This document shows positions 1 to 10,198 of a stretch of 64,000 nt of DNA, piece after piece. The stretch's first letter is position 1. Each line of letters opens with the position of its first letter. Under the pieces are notes generated by a model. That model did no database searches and had not been told where the DNA came from. It worked only from the letters and a program-made list of their open reading frames with translations. Source of the DNA: Acidobacteriota bacterium (GTDB lineage: Bacteria; Acidobacteriota; Thermoanaerobaculia; Gp7-AA8); NCBI GenBank assembly GCA_019244185.1, contig JAFATB010000026.1, positions 128,001 to 192,000 of the forward strand, read 5' to 3'. Made by a program: the position numbers and the translations under genes.

Positions 1-175
1 ACGTCCAGACGCGCGCGTCGCCGTCGAGCGTCGCGGCGATGGCCACGCGCTGCGCCGCGAGAAACGGCACGGCCGCGGGCGGGATCGTGTCGTTGATGAT
101 GCGGCCGACGCGCGCAGCGAGATCGGAGACGCCCGCGCGCGCCTGTACGGCCAGCTCGCCTTCGTGAAAGCTCAT
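1..175 (-). CDS. Pyridoxamine 5'-phosphate oxidase-like FMN-binding protein (5' part only, runs off window)
   Basis: Manual translation from ATG at 175: MSFHEGELAVQARAGVSDLAARVGRIINDTIP...; the FHEGE-x-x-VQ-x-x-AG start is typical of this family. Confidence 0.7.
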   Translation of the reverse strand, partial: MSFHEGELAVQARAGVSDLAARVGRIINDTIPPAAVPFLAAQRVAIAATLDGDARVWT

Positions 176-241
176 GAACCTGCCGAAAGTATAGAAGCGC
201 GGGAGTAGAATCGCCGGACCGGCAGTTTTTCGCCTTCAGTC

Positions 242-2050
242 ATGACCACGCTGACGAACGTTCCGGTGCCGCGCGCGTCCCGCGACCTCACGGTGGCGTA
301 TCTCGGCGAGCTGCTGTTCAACGCCGGCTTCATCGACGAGCGCCAGCGCGCGGACGTCGACGCCGCCGACCGGCAGTTCCGCCTGCAGGCGCGCGCGTCG
401 AAACTGCGCACCGAGGACGAGGCCAGTCCGATCCGCGTGCTCATGGCGATGAACCTCACCGACGCCAGCGGCAACGGCACGCGCATCGACGACTTCCTCA
501 TCGCGCGCCTCATCGCGGAGGACGCGCATCTGCCGTTCTTCAAAATCGATCCGCTCAAGCTCGACGTGGCGATGATCGAGGCGAAGATCTCGCGGCCGTT
601 CGCGCGGCGCCACAAGATGGTTCCGGTAGCCGTGCGCGACGGCAAGCTCGTCGTGGCGGTCGTCAATCCGTTCGATCACGTCGCCGTCGATTCGTACCGG
701 CCGATGGCGAAGCAGGAGCTCGACCTCGTCGTCTCGTCGGAATCCGACGTGATGGGCGTGATCAACGAGCAGTACGGCTTCCGCGCGTCGGTCACGAAAG
801 CGGAGCGTGATCTCACGAAGGGCGCGCTCGACCTCACCAACCTCGAGCAGTACGTCAAGCTCAAGTCGGGCGCGGAGATCGAGACCAGCGACGCGCACAT
901 CGTCAACGCGGTCGACTTCCTCCTGCAGCACGCGTTCGACTCGCGGGCGTCGGACATCCACATCGAGCCGAAGCGCGAGCACGCCACGATCCGCTTCCGC
1001 ATCGACGGCGTGCTCCACGAGATCCAGCGCGTGCCGAAGCTCGTCAACCTCGCCATCACCTCGCGCCTCAAGACGATGTGCCGCATGGACATCGCCGAGA
1101 AGCGCCGCCCGCAGGACGGCCGCATCAAGACCGAGCGCGAGGGCAAAGAAGTCGAACTGCGCGTGTCGACGCTGCCGACCGCATTCGGCGAGAAGGTCGT
1201 GATGCGCATCTTCGACCCCGAGGTGCTCATTCGCGACCTCGGAGGCCTCGGGTTCTACGAGGACGAGCTGAAGACGTTCGCCGACTGGATCAAGCGTCCG
1301 CACGGCATCATCCTCGTCACCGGTCCGACCGGCTCGGGCAAGACCGTCACGCTCTATTCGGCGCTCAAGAGTCTCGCCTCGCCGGAGATCAACATCACCA
1401 CGATCGAAGACCCGATCGAGATGGTGTCCGACGAGTTCAACCAGACCTCGGTGCAGAACAAGATCGGGATCACGTTCGCGTCGGCGCTGCGCACGATCCT
1501 GCGGCAGGACCCCGACATCATCATGGTCGGCGAGATCCGCGACGCCGAGACTGCACAGAATGCGGTGCAGGCCGCGCTGACCGGGCACCTCGTCTTCTCC
1601 ACGCTGCACACGAACGACGCGTCGACGTCGATCACGCGCCTCGTCGACCTCGGCATCCAGCCGTTTCTGATCTCGTCGACGCTCATCGGCGCGATGGCGC
1701 AGCGCCTCGTGCGCAAGATCTGTCAGGACTGCCGCACGAACCGGCCGCTCAGCGTCGAGGAAGCGTCGATGCTCAACCTGCAGGCGCCGGCGGGCAAGCG
1801 CATCATCGTCAAGGAAGGCTCGGGCTGCATCCGCTGCCGCAACACCGGCTACTACGGCCGCACCGGCATCTTCGAGATCCTGCCGGTCGACAACTCCATC
1901 CGCGATCTCGTCGACCGCGGCGAGGACTTCCTCAAGATCAAGGAGATGGCCATCAAGCGGGGCATGCGCACGCTGCGGCAAAGCGCGCTGCGCAAGCTCG
2001 CGGAAGGGCTGACGACGTTCGAGGAAGTAGTGCGCGTGACGGGTCTTTAG
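242..2050 (+). CDS. GspE/PilB-family secretion or pilus ATPase
   Basis: ASDIHIEP, Walker A GPTGSGKT, TIEDPIE, LRQDPDIIMVGEIRD, TGHLVFSTLHTN, Zn motif CQDC..CIRC. Confidence 0.95.
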   Translation: MTTLTNVPVPRASRDLTVAYLGELLFNAGFIDERQRADVDAADRQFRLQARASKLRTEDEASPIRVLMAMNLTDASGNGTRIDDFLIARLIAEDAHLPFFKIDPLKLDVAMIEAKISRPFARRHKMVPVAVRDGKLVVAVVNPFDHVAVDSYRPMAKQELDLVVSSESDVMGVINEQYGFRASVTKAERDLTKGALDLTNLEQYVKLKSGAEIETSDAHIVNAVDFLLQHAFDSRASDIHIEPKREHATIRFRIDGVLHEIQRVPKLVNLAITSRLKTMCRMDIAEKRRPQDGRIKTEREGKEVELRVSTLPTAFGEKVVMRIFDPEVLIRDLGGLGFYEDELKTFADWIKRPHGIILVTGPTGSGKTVTLYSALKSLASPEINITTIEDPIEMVSDEFNQTSVQNKIGITFASALRTILRQDPDIIMVGEIRDAETAQNAVQAALTGHLVFSTLHTNDASTSITRLVDLGIQPFLISSTLIGAMAQRLVRKICQDCRTNRPLSVEEASMLNLQAPAGKRIIVKEGSGCIRCRNTGYYGRTGIFEILPVDNSIRDLVDRGEDFLKIKEMAIKRGMRTLRQSALRKLAEGLTTFEEVVRVTGL

Positions 2051-2094
2051 GCGTGCAAAAAGCGCCTGGCGAGCGCGTGCTATTCTCTTGAATC

Positions 2095-4407
2095 ATGACC
2101 GCGCAGGCGTCCTCGTCCTCGTCGCTGGAACGGGAGCTGGAGTACCGCAAACGGCTCACCGCGATCGCGAATCAGATCAATTCCGCGGAGTCCATTCCGC
2201 ACATTCTCATGACGCTCAAGGATCGCATCCTGGAGCTGCTGGACGCGGAACGGCTGACGATCTACGCCGTCGACACGAAGAACCAGGAACTGTATTCGCT
2301 GCAGAAAGTCGGCGATCAGCCGAAGGAGATCCGCGTTCCGAAATCGTTCGCGTCGATCGCCGGCTTCACCGCGCTCGCGCGCAAGACGATCAACATCAAG
2401 GATGCGTACGACGCGTCCGAACTGCAGCGCTTCCACGCGAACCTCCGCTTCGATCAGCGCTGGGACAAGCAGACCGGCTTCCGCACGAAGGCCGTGCTCG
2501 CGGTGCCGATCCTCTTCGAGAAATACCTCCTCGGTGTCGTGCAGCTGATCAACAAGCGCCTCGGCGTCGCGTTCACGGCGCAGGACGAAGACGCGGCGGA
2601 AGAGATCGCACGCATCCTCGGCATCGCCTTCTACAACCAGCACCGCGTGACGCGGCAGTCGAAGCCGTCGCGCTTCGGGACGCTGATCGACAAGGGCGCA
2701 CTGTCGGAGAAAGACCTCGAGCAGGCCGTCAGCAACGCGCGCGTCAACAACACCAACGTCGAGAAGGTGCTGATCGAGGACTACAACGTGCCGCGCGAGG
2801 AGATCGGGCGCTCGCTCTCCGCGTACTACTCCGCGCCGTGGTTCGACTACACCGGCACGCAGACGATTCCCGCCGATCTGCGCGATCGCGTTTCGGCCGA
2901 CATCTGGCGCAAACACGGCGCGGCGCCGATCGACCGCAAGCCGGGCATGCTGATCCTGGCCGTGGACGATCCGCAGGACCTCACGCGCCTCGACGGCATC
3001 CGCGCCATGAACCTCGCGCCGCGCTACGAGTTCCACGTCGCGATGAAGCACGACATCCTCGCGTACCTCGCCGCGTCGTACGGCGAGAAGACGGAAGCGG
3101 AGCAGACCGGCGAGTCGACGGAGTGGGCGAAGATCCTCGACTCCCTCGGCGAAGGCGAGCGCGTGGAGCTCGACGACAATCCGACCACCGAGCCGGAGAT
3201 CGACGAGACCGACTCCGGCATCGTGCGCCTCGCGAATCAGCTGATCATCGAGGCCTTCGCGCGCGGCGCGTCGGACATCCACGTCGAGCCCGACGGGCAA
3301 CGTCACCCGTGCACGATCCGCCTCCGCATCGACGGCGACTGCCAGAAGTTCATGGAGATCCCGGGCGCGCACAAGAACGCGCTCGTGCAGCGCCTCAAGA
3401 TCATGGCCAAGCTCGACATCTCCGAGCGCCGCAAGCCGCAGGACGGCAAGATCCGCTTCAAGTATTCGAAGGGGACCATCGAGCTGCGCGTCGCCACGAT
3501 CCCGACCACGAACCAGAACGAAGACGTGGTCATGCGCATCCTCGCCGCGTCGAAGCCGCTGCCGCTCGACAAGATGGGCTTCAGCGACAAGAACCTCGCG
3601 CGCTTCAAAGAGCTCCTCGCGAAGCCGTACGGCATCGCGCTCGTGGTCGGTCCGACCGGCTCGGGCAAGACGACCACGCTGCATTCGGCGCTCGGCTTCA
3701 TCAATACCGAGGACATGAAGATCTGGACCGCGGAGGATCCGGTCGAGATCACGCAGAAGGGACTGCGCCAGGTGCAGGTGCAGCCGAAGATCGACTTCAC
3801 ATTCGCGGCGGCGATGCGCTCGTTCCTGCGCGCCGATCCGGACGTGATCATGGTCGGCGAAATGCGCGATCACGAGACCGCGGCCATCGGCATCGAGGCG
3901 TCGCTCACCGGACACCTCGTGTTCTCCACGCTGCACACGAACTCGGCGCCGGAGACGATCACGCGTCTCCTCGACATGAACATCGATCCCTTCAACTTCG
4001 CCGACGCGCTCCTCGGCATCATGGCCCAGCGCCTCATCCGCACGCTCTGCCCGAAATGCAAAGAGGGCTACAACCCGACGCCGGAAGAGTTCGAGGAGAT
4101 CATCGAGGCGTACGGCTACGACTACTGGAAAGAGACCGGCATCACGTACTCGCCGCAGCTGACGCTGTACCGGCCGAAGGGCTGCCCGAACTGCATGAAC
4201 ACGGGCTACAAAGGCCGCATGGGCGTGCACGAGCTGCTCGTCGGCACCGACGAGATGAAGCGCGCGATCCAGCACCGCTCGCCGATCGACGAGCTGCGCC
4301 GCCTGGCCATGGAGCAGGGGATGCGCACGCTGATGCAGGACGCGATCGAGAAGGCGTTCAAAGGCGTGACCGACGTCAAGCAGGCGCGCGCGATCGCGGT
4401 GAAGTAG
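2095..4407 (+). CDS. GAF-domain GspE/PilB-family ATPase
   Basis: N-terminal GAF (IAGFTA..TINIKDAYD..DKQTGFRTKAVLAVPI..GVVQLINK..FTAQDE), then ATPase motifs GPTGSGKT, LRADPDVIMVGEMRD, CPKC..CPNC. Confidence 0.93.
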   Translation: MTAQASSSSSLERELEYRKRLTAIANQINSAESIPHILMTLKDRILELLDAERLTIYAVDTKNQELYSLQKVGDQPKEIRVPKSFASIAGFTALARKTINIKDAYDASELQRFHANLRFDQRWDKQTGFRTKAVLAVPILFEKYLLGVVQLINKRLGVAFTAQDEDAAEEIARILGIAFYNQHRVTRQSKPSRFGTLIDKGALSEKDLEQAVSNARVNNTNVEKVLIEDYNVPREEIGRSLSAYYSAPWFDYTGTQTIPADLRDRVSADIWRKHGAAPIDRKPGMLILAVDDPQDLTRLDGIRAMNLAPRYEFHVAMKHDILAYLAASYGEKTEAEQTGESTEWAKILDSLGEGERVELDDNPTTEPEIDETDSGIVRLANQLIIEAFARGASDIHVEPDGQRHPCTIRLRIDGDCQKFMEIPGAHKNALVQRLKIMAKLDISERRKPQDGKIRFKYSKGTIELRVATIPTTNQNEDVVMRILAASKPLPLDKMGFSDKNLARFKELLAKPYGIALVVGPTGSGKTTTLHSALGFINTEDMKIWTAEDPVEITQKGLRQVQVQPKIDFTFAAAMRSFLRADPDVIMVGEMRDHETAAIGIEASLTGHLVFSTLHTNSAPETITRLLDMNIDPFNFADALLGIMAQRLIRTLCPKCKEGYNPTPEEFEEIIEAYGYDYWKETGITYSPQLTLYRPKGCPNCMNTGYKGRMGVHELLVGTDEMKRAIQHRSPIDELRRLAMEQGMRTLMQDAIEKAFKGVTDVKQARAIAVK

Positions 4408-4446
4408 CCCTGCCGCGCCGCGCACGCGACAGGGCTCATAGCACGT

Positions 4447-5661
4447 CTACAACGACTGCAGAAATGCGAGCAGCTTCGCTTTCGCGGATGCGGTGAGCGC
4501 GGCGAAGCGATCGCGCGCGGCGCGTCCCTGTCCGTCGTGCGCGAGGATGGCCTGATCGAGCGTCGTGGCGCGGCCGTCGTGCAGGTAGCTCGTGATGAAG
4601 CGCAGGCCCCACAGAGGACTCGTGCGCATCTCGCGTCCGCTCGCGGCGCCCTGTTCGATGTCGTCGCCGAGCGCGCCCATGTCGTGCAGCAAAAAGTCGG
4701 AGTAGGGGTGATACGTCTGCCGGCTCAGCGCGGCGATCGGATTCGCGGCGGTGCGCAACGTGTCGACGTGACACGCATTGCAGCCGATGCGGTTGAACGT
4801 GTTCTCGCCGTCGGCAGTGTCGGCGTTCTGCGCGCCGCGCGGCGGCGCCGCGAGCATGGTCATGAAATTCGTGAGGAGAATCGGGCCGGAGCCGTCGTCG
4901 TTGAGTCCGGGCGCCGGATTGTGCGCGAGCTCCGCGCAGTTGCCCTGCGGACAATTCTCGGCCGTGAAGTCGGGCGTGGTGATGCCCATCTCGTTGAGGT
5001 ACGCGTCGCCGGAGAACTGGAAGAGCGTCGGCACCTGCGCCTTCCAGCCGAACTTGCCGACGGTCTTCATGCCCGCGCGGATGTTGTCGACCATGCTGAC
5101 GCGCCCCGCCGTTCCATCGCGCCGCATCGCCTCGGTGCGTGCGAGTCCGACGAAGTCGGCGTCGGCGGTGGCGTCGATGAGGCCGAGGCCGAAGAGCGGC
5201 GTGGAGCGGCGATGAATGACGATCGTCGCGGACGCCGGCACCGTCTCCGCGCGAAACACATACGACGAGCCGTCCGCGAGGCCGATGGCGTGATCCTGCA
5301 TCAGCGTGCCGCCGAGCGCGGTGAGCGGATCGAACGTGCCCTTCACGCGCCGCGCGAAACGCGTCACGAGCCGCGTGCTGCCGCCGCCGGTGGCGGGCAC
5401 GCTGTGACACGCGGAGCACGCGCGTTCATTGAAGACGGGGCCGAGACCGTCGACGAGTTCTTCGGCGGAGCTGAAGTCGGCGAGGCCGTCGGCGAAGGAC
5501 GCGCGCTGCGTGGCGGTGAGACCGGCCAGCGGATCGCCCGGTTTCGGGGTGGTGGTGGGCGGCGGCGTGGGGCCGCGTGTCGCGCGGCGGCGGAGTTGCT
5601 GTTGTCCGTACAGCGGAATGGTCAATGTCAGTACCAAAAGAGCGGCGATGATGCGTTGCAT
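4447..5661 (-). CDS. Secreted di-heme oxidoreductase (DHOR-like)
   Basis: Signal peptide MQRIIAALLVL; two CxxCH motifs (CSACH, CNACH); GLGPVFN, GKFGWKA, YSDFLLHDMG, RTSPLWGL, YLHDGRA. Confidence 0.88.
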   Translation of the reverse strand: MQRIIAALLVLTLTIPLYGQQQLRRRATRGPTPPPTTTPKPGDPLAGLTATQRASFADGLADFSSAEELVDGLGPVFNERACSACHSVPATGGGSTRLVTRFARRVKGTFDPLTALGGTLMQDHAIGLADGSSYVFRAETVPASATIVIHRRSTPLFGLGLIDATADADFVGLARTEAMRRDGTAGRVSMVDNIRAGMKTVGKFGWKAQVPTLFQFSGDAYLNEMGITTPDFTAENCPQGNCAELAHNPAPGLNDDGSGPILLTNFMTMLAAPPRGAQNADTADGENTFNRIGCNACHVDTLRTAANPIAALSRQTYHPYSDFLLHDMGALGDDIEQGAASGREMRTSPLWGLRFITSYLHDGRATTLDQAILAHDGQGRAARDRFAALTASAKAKLLAFLQSL

Positions 5662-5815
5662 CGGATCCCCCTTCATCGATTTCCCGGGGCAGACCTCCGG
5701 CCGGTACGCCGGCCGTTCAGGATCAGTTGTGCGATGGTGGAATCGTGCGCGTGCGGGCGGCGCGCAGTCATCACGCGGATGCAATTCGTTTGTAACGCGT
5801 GTAACGCATGACGTG

Positions 5816-6517
5816 TTAGGCGATGAACTTGTAGCCGAGGCCGTGCACCGTGACGATGCGTTCCTGCGATGCCGGTCCGGCTTCGAGCTTGCGGCGCAGC
5901 GACGCGATGCGGACGTCGACCGTGCGCGTGGCCGGCATCGCCTCGTAGCCCCAGACGACGTTCAGCAGTTCGTCGCGGCTGACGACTTCGCCGCGTCGGT
6001 CGATGAGGTAACGCAGCAGCCGTAGTTCGAGCGCCGACAGCCGCACGCTCGCGCCGCCGCAGCGCACCTCGGCACTGCGAAAGTTCACTTCGATGTCGTG
6101 CAGCGCGACGACGCCGCTGTTCGCCGGTGGTCTCGACGTACGGCGCAACAGCGCCTGCAGCCGCGCCGCGAATTCGGTGCCGTGGAGCGGACGTACGACG
6201 AAGTCGTCGGCGCCGGCGCGCAATCCGGCGATGCCGTCGTTGGCGCGGCCGCGTTCCGCGACGAGCATCACCGGCAGCTGCGATCCCGACGCGCGCAGCC
6301 GCGCGACGACGTCGAGCGCATCGCGGCGCGCGCGAAGGTCGAGCAGCGCGCAATCGATGGTATCGCCGCGAACGATGTCGAGCGCGCGGGTATCGTCGGC
6401 GGCGATGACGATCTCGTACGCGTCGGGCAGTTGCGCGAGCGCCTGCGCGGTGAGCGTGCGGTCGGAGCTGGCGAGCAGGATGCGCGCGGAAGGTGGCGTG
6501 GCTTCGACGAGATCCAT
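5816..6517 (-). CDS. OmpR-family response regulator with atypical receiver
   Basis: Winged helix (LSALELRLL..VSRDELLNVVWG..TRTVDVRIASLRRKLE..TVHGLGYKF); receiver lacks the acidic pair and has Lys->Arg. Confidence 0.88.
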   Translation of the reverse strand: MDLVEATPPSARILLASSDRTLTAQALAQLPDAYEIVIAADDTRALDIVRGDTIDCALLDLRARRDALDVVARLRASGSQLPVMLVAERGRANDGIAGLRAGADDFVVRPLHGTEFAARLQALLRRTSRPPANSGVVALHDIEVNFRSAEVRCGGASVRLSALELRLLRYLIDRRGEVVSRDELLNVVWGYEAMPATRTVDVRIASLRRKLEAGPASQERIVTVHGLGYKFIA

Positions 6518-6578
6518 GCGTGCCGTTTAGTCACGGCGGGTGCCACGCCGTTCCGGCGGCAACGCGGCGTACGTGCGG

Positions 6579-6608
6579 CAGAATGACGCGGCGTGGCGCG
6601 TCATTCTG
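6579..6608. terminator. 12-bp inverted repeat (terminator or operator)
   Basis: cagaatgacgcg-N6-cgcgtcattctg, just past the stop of the upstream minus-strand gene; no U-tract. Confidence 0.4.
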
Positions 6609-6615
6609 TCCATGA

Positions 6616-7632
6616 TCATTGCGCGGCGCCGCGCCTGGTGACGAGATACGTCGCGAAGCTGCCGAGCCAGTGGCCGCCTTCGTAGTGCTCGCCGGTCACG
6701 GCTTTCAGTCCCGCGTCGGCGTGCGCGCGTGACGCCGCGAGCAGCGTCTTCACGCGCGGATCATTCGCCGGAAGACCGGACGCAATGCCTTCGAGCATCC
6801 ACGCGCGGCTGAGATTGAGCCCGTCGAGATGCGCGAGCTTCGGATCGCTCGGGTCGGTCACGACGGCGGGCGTGAGCGTCATCGAAGGCATGAACTTCGT
6901 CAGCCACCGCGCGAACTCGCTCTTCGGCAGTACGCGCCGCATGAGATCCGCTTCGGCGAGGCAGGGCGAGAGGAAGTCTTCACCCGACGGCTCGTAGGCG
7001 AGCGGGCAATTGCGGTCGCGGCCGTAGAACGCGTTCGCGCGCTCGCGGATCAGCTTCGCGAACTCGTCGCCGCCGGCGCGCGAGTCGAGCATGAGGCCGA
7101 GGGCGAAGGCGGTCTGACTGTGCTCGCCGCTGCGGATCGGCGTGGTGAGCTTCGGGAGCCACGTTTTCAGTCGCGCGACGGCGGCGTCTTCAAGCGGTTG
7201 AATCGTCGGGTAAAGCGGGTCGTGCATCTCGCGCAGTTCGGCCGAGAGTTGCAGTAGCCACGCGAGTCCGTACGGGCGCTCGAAGCTGGCCATGCCTTCG
7301 CGATTCAGGTACGCGACCTCGGCGGCGATGTGCTCGGGCGTGATGCTCTCGGCAAGCGCGGCGCGCGCTTTCGCGGCGAACGGCGCGTCGGGCGAGAGGC
7401 GCACGAGGCGGGCGAGGAGCCAGTGGCCGTGCACGGACGAATGCCAGTCGTAGCAGCCGTAGAACGCGGGCGTGAGGAGGCGCGGCGGCGCGACGTCGCG
7501 ATCGGAGTTGAGCACGTGCCCGATCTTGTTCGGATACTCCTTGTGCACGCACGCGAGCGCGAGGTTCGCGAAGCGGTCGGCGGCGTGCGGATCGAGCGTG
7601 AGCGCGGCGGCGAGGACGATGCCGTGGATCAT
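6616..7632 (-). CDS. DUF2891-like protein
   Basis: EYPNKI, PAFYGCYDWHSSVHGHW, FERPYGLAW, EPSGEDFLSP, HLDGLNLSRAW, YEGGHWLGSFA. Confidence 0.85.
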   Translation of the reverse strand: MIHGIVLAAALTLDPHAADRFANLALACVHKEYPNKIGHVLNSDRDVAPPRLLTPAFYGCYDWHSSVHGHWLLARLVRLSPDAPFAAKARAALAESITPEHIAAEVAYLNREGMASFERPYGLAWLLQLSAELREMHDPLYPTIQPLEDAAVARLKTWLPKLTTPIRSGEHSQTAFALGLMLDSRAGGDEFAKLIRERANAFYGRDRNCPLAYEPSGEDFLSPCLAEADLMRRVLPKSEFARWLTKFMPSMTLTPAVVTDPSDPKLAHLDGLNLSRAWMLEGIASGLPANDPRVKTLLAASRAHADAGLKAVTGEHYEGGHWLGSFATYLVTRRGAAQ

Positions 7633-7642
7633 GCGCCGCAGT

Positions 7643-9583
7643 CTAGCGGAGCCGCTCGCGCAGCTCCTGCGCTTCCGGAAAATCGGGACGAAGTCGCAGC
7701 GCTTCGTCGTCGTTGTGGCGCGCGGCGTCGAGCTGCCCGGTTTGCGCATCGGCGAGCGCGAGCGCGAACAGATCGGCGGGATCGTTCGGCGCGAGACGCG
7801 ACGCGCGCGTCAGCGCGGCGACCGCATCCGCGGCGTCGCCGCGCGCGAGATCGGCCATCCCGAGGTCGTACCAGGCGGAGGCGTCGGCGGGAGCGCGGGA
7901 TGCGGCAGTGTTGAAGAAGCGCGCCGCCTCATCGCCGTCGCGGAGTTGCATCGCGATCCGTCCAAGATGCGACGCACGTGCTGCAGGAAGCGATGCGGCG
8001 TCGATCGAAGCGAGGAGCCGGCGAGCGTCATCGAGGCGTTGCACGCGCACGTACTCCGCCGCCAACTCGTCCGTCGCGCTCGCGCGCAACACCGGCTGCG
8101 CGACCGGCGCGCGCAGCACGCGCTCGAACGCATCGATCGCGCGGGCATCGTCTCCCGCATGCTGATACGCCAGCCCGGCGCGCAGGTAGAGCCGCGCGGA
8201 GTCGGTGTGATGCGGCTCCACGCGCGCGAGGAACGTCGACGCCTCCTCGGCACGATGGTGCGAGATCAGATAGACCGCCATGTTCGTCTCTTCGTACGAA
8301 CGTCCGCTGTCGAGGCCGAACGGCCAGAGCGTGATGCAGGCCGCGACAGCGGCACCGGCCACCGCGACCGGCCAGATGCGCCGGATCTCGAAGATGCCCG
8401 CGGCGCAGACGGCGAACGCGAGCAGCAGCGGCAGGCGATAGCGCGAGGCGACGAAGAACAACGCCACCGACAGCGCGTACACCGGCACGAACGCGACCCA
8501 GATGCGAAAGCGCCGATCGCGCACGCGGCTCATCGCGCCGGCGACGCCGAGCGGCACGAGCAGCCACGGCCCGATCACGAGCAGCTGTAGCGGCGAGTCG
8601 ACGTCCTTGCGAAAGAAGTCGTAGCTCGTGTTCAGCGCGAGATCGGTCTCGTGAATCGTGTACGCGAGCTTGAGAGCGAACAGCCGCAGCGCGTCCAACG
8701 GATGCTCGCGAATCCAGCGGAACGCCTCGCCGTAAAACCACCGCGACACTTCGCCGGCCGTCAGTGGATGTCCAACCGCGGCCGTGGCGACGCGCGCGGC
8801 GTCGACCGACTGTCCGGCGATCGTCGGACGGATTCCGCGCACGGCGTGGTACGTGCCGTCCGCTTCCTCGTTGTTGCCGATGTAGAAGTTGAGCCCTCCG
8901 TGCGACGAGACGAGCACGAGCTCGTGCGCGACGACGTAGTTGCGCAGCACCACCGGCGCGAGCAGCAGCGCGCAACCCGCGGCGAAGGCCGCGGCCTGCC
9001 GCCAGCGTTTCGAAAGAAGCAGCAGCAGTCCCGACGCGGCGAGCCAGATCAGCGCGTTCGGGCGATTGAGCACGAAGAGTCCCGTAGCCGCTCCCGCCGC
9101 GGCGAACCGCAACAGAGTCTCTCGCTGCTGTGCGGCATCCGACTGCAGCGCAACCGTCAACGTCCACAACATCAGCGCGACGAGAAACGGATCGAGCGCC
9201 GACTGCAGGATCTCGATCTCGTCGAACGTCACCACGCCGGTGAGCACGATGAGCAGCGCCGACAGAAACGCGGCGCGCAATCCGAACCAGCGGCGCGCGG
9301 TGTCGAACAGGAGCACGACGCCGATGCTGCCGAGCAGGATCTGAATGAGCGGCGCCACCGCAACGGACGCGCCGGTCAGTTTCAAGAAATAGAGATACAG
9401 CGGCGACACAAAGTACGCGACGGGAGGTGGTCCGCTACGCGCCATCTGCAGGTAGACGGCGCCGTCCATGTCGTCCGCCGGTTGCAGCAGCGGATGCGCA
9501 TGCAGCGACGCGAGCACGAGCGCCTTGACCGCGAGAGAGACCAGAAAAACCAGAACGTGCGACAGGCGTCGTCCGCGGAGCAT
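7643..9583 (-). CDS. PMT/ArnT-like GT-C membrane glycosyltransferase with C-terminal TPRs
   Basis: Multiple TM segments, SPLYLYFL, RPN, GGLNFYIGNN, SRYRLP; C-terminal TPR-like repeats. Confidence 0.8.
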   Translation of the reverse strand: MLRGRRLSHVLVFLVSLAVKALVLASLHAHPLLQPADDMDGAVYLQMARSGPPPVAYFVSPLYLYFLKLTGASVAVAPLIQILLGSIGVVLLFDTARRWFGLRAAFLSALLIVLTGVVTFDEIEILQSALDPFLVALMLWTLTVALQSDAAQQRETLLRFAAAGAATGLFVLNRPNALIWLAASGLLLLLSKRWRQAAAFAAGCALLLAPVVLRNYVVAHELVLVSSHGGLNFYIGNNEEADGTYHAVRGIRPTIAGQSVDAARVATAAVGHPLTAGEVSRWFYGEAFRWIREHPLDALRLFALKLAYTIHETDLALNTSYDFFRKDVDSPLQLLVIGPWLLVPLGVAGAMSRVRDRRFRIWVAFVPVYALSVALFFVASRYRLPLLLAFAVCAAGIFEIRRIWPVAVAGAAVAACITLWPFGLDSGRSYEETNMAVYLISHHRAEEASTFLARVEPHHTDSARLYLRAGLAYQHAGDDARAIDAFERVLRAPVAQPVLRASATDELAAEYVRVQRLDDARRLLASIDAASLPAARASHLGRIAMQLRDGDEAARFFNTAASRAPADASAWYDLGMADLARGDAADAVAALTRASRLAPNDPADLFALALADAQTGQLDAARHNDDEALRLRPDFPEAQELRERLR

Positions 9584-9628
9584 TCGAGCCAGTCTAGTGA
9601 AGGCAGGAAAGCTGCACTAGTGGCCGGC

Positions 9629-10183
9629 ATGATCCAGGTGACCCTGTTCGTCATCGCCTCTCTCTTCGCCACCAACAACTCCACGCCGTCCACTCCGGCG
9701 ACCGGCGTCGTCTCGCTCGCCGCAAGCACGAAGAAGAACATCGTCGAGCTGCGCGTGGGCGGCAAGACCATCCGCCGCTACGACGTCTCGGTCGGAACGA
9801 AAGCGCATCCGACGCCGCAGGGGACGTATCGCATCAACCACATCGTCTGGAACCCGGCCTGGGTGCCGCCCGACGCGAAGTGGGCCAAAGGCGCGAAGCC
9901 GGCCGCGCCGGGCAGCGAGAAGAATCCGATGAAGGTCGTGAAGATCTTCTTCAAGGAGCCCGACTACTACCTGCACGGCACGGGCGACGAGGACGCCCTC
10001 GGCGGCGCGGCATCGCACGGCTGCATCCGCATGTCGCAGAAGGACGCGTTCGCGCTCGGCCGCTATCTGATGGACCACGGCGGCGTGCCGAAGGACGACA
10101 GCTGGTACGCCGGCGTCTTCAACCGCGGCGTGTCGGCGGACATCCGCCTGCCGCGCTACGTCACGATCGTGATCGGGCCGTGA
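9629..10183 (+). CDS. L,D-transpeptidase (YkuD family)
   Basis: TPQG, WNPAWVPP, catalytic HGT..ASHGCIRM. Confidence 0.92.
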   Translation: MIQVTLFVIASLFATNNSTPSTPATGVVSLAASTKKNIVELRVGGKTIRRYDVSVGTKAHPTPQGTYRINHIVWNPAWVPPDAKWAKGAKPAAPGSEKNPMKVVKIFFKEPDYYLHGTGDEDALGGAASHGCIRMSQKDAFALGRYLMDHGGVPKDDSWYAGVFNRGVSADIRLPRYVTIVIGP

Positions 10184-10198
10184 GTCCGCGCGCGCGAA

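Noticed and set aside
236-4425. Long antisense and alternate-frame ORFs over the ATPase genes
   Set aside because: Shadow ORFs from high GC and codon bias; Arg/Ala-rich with no motifs
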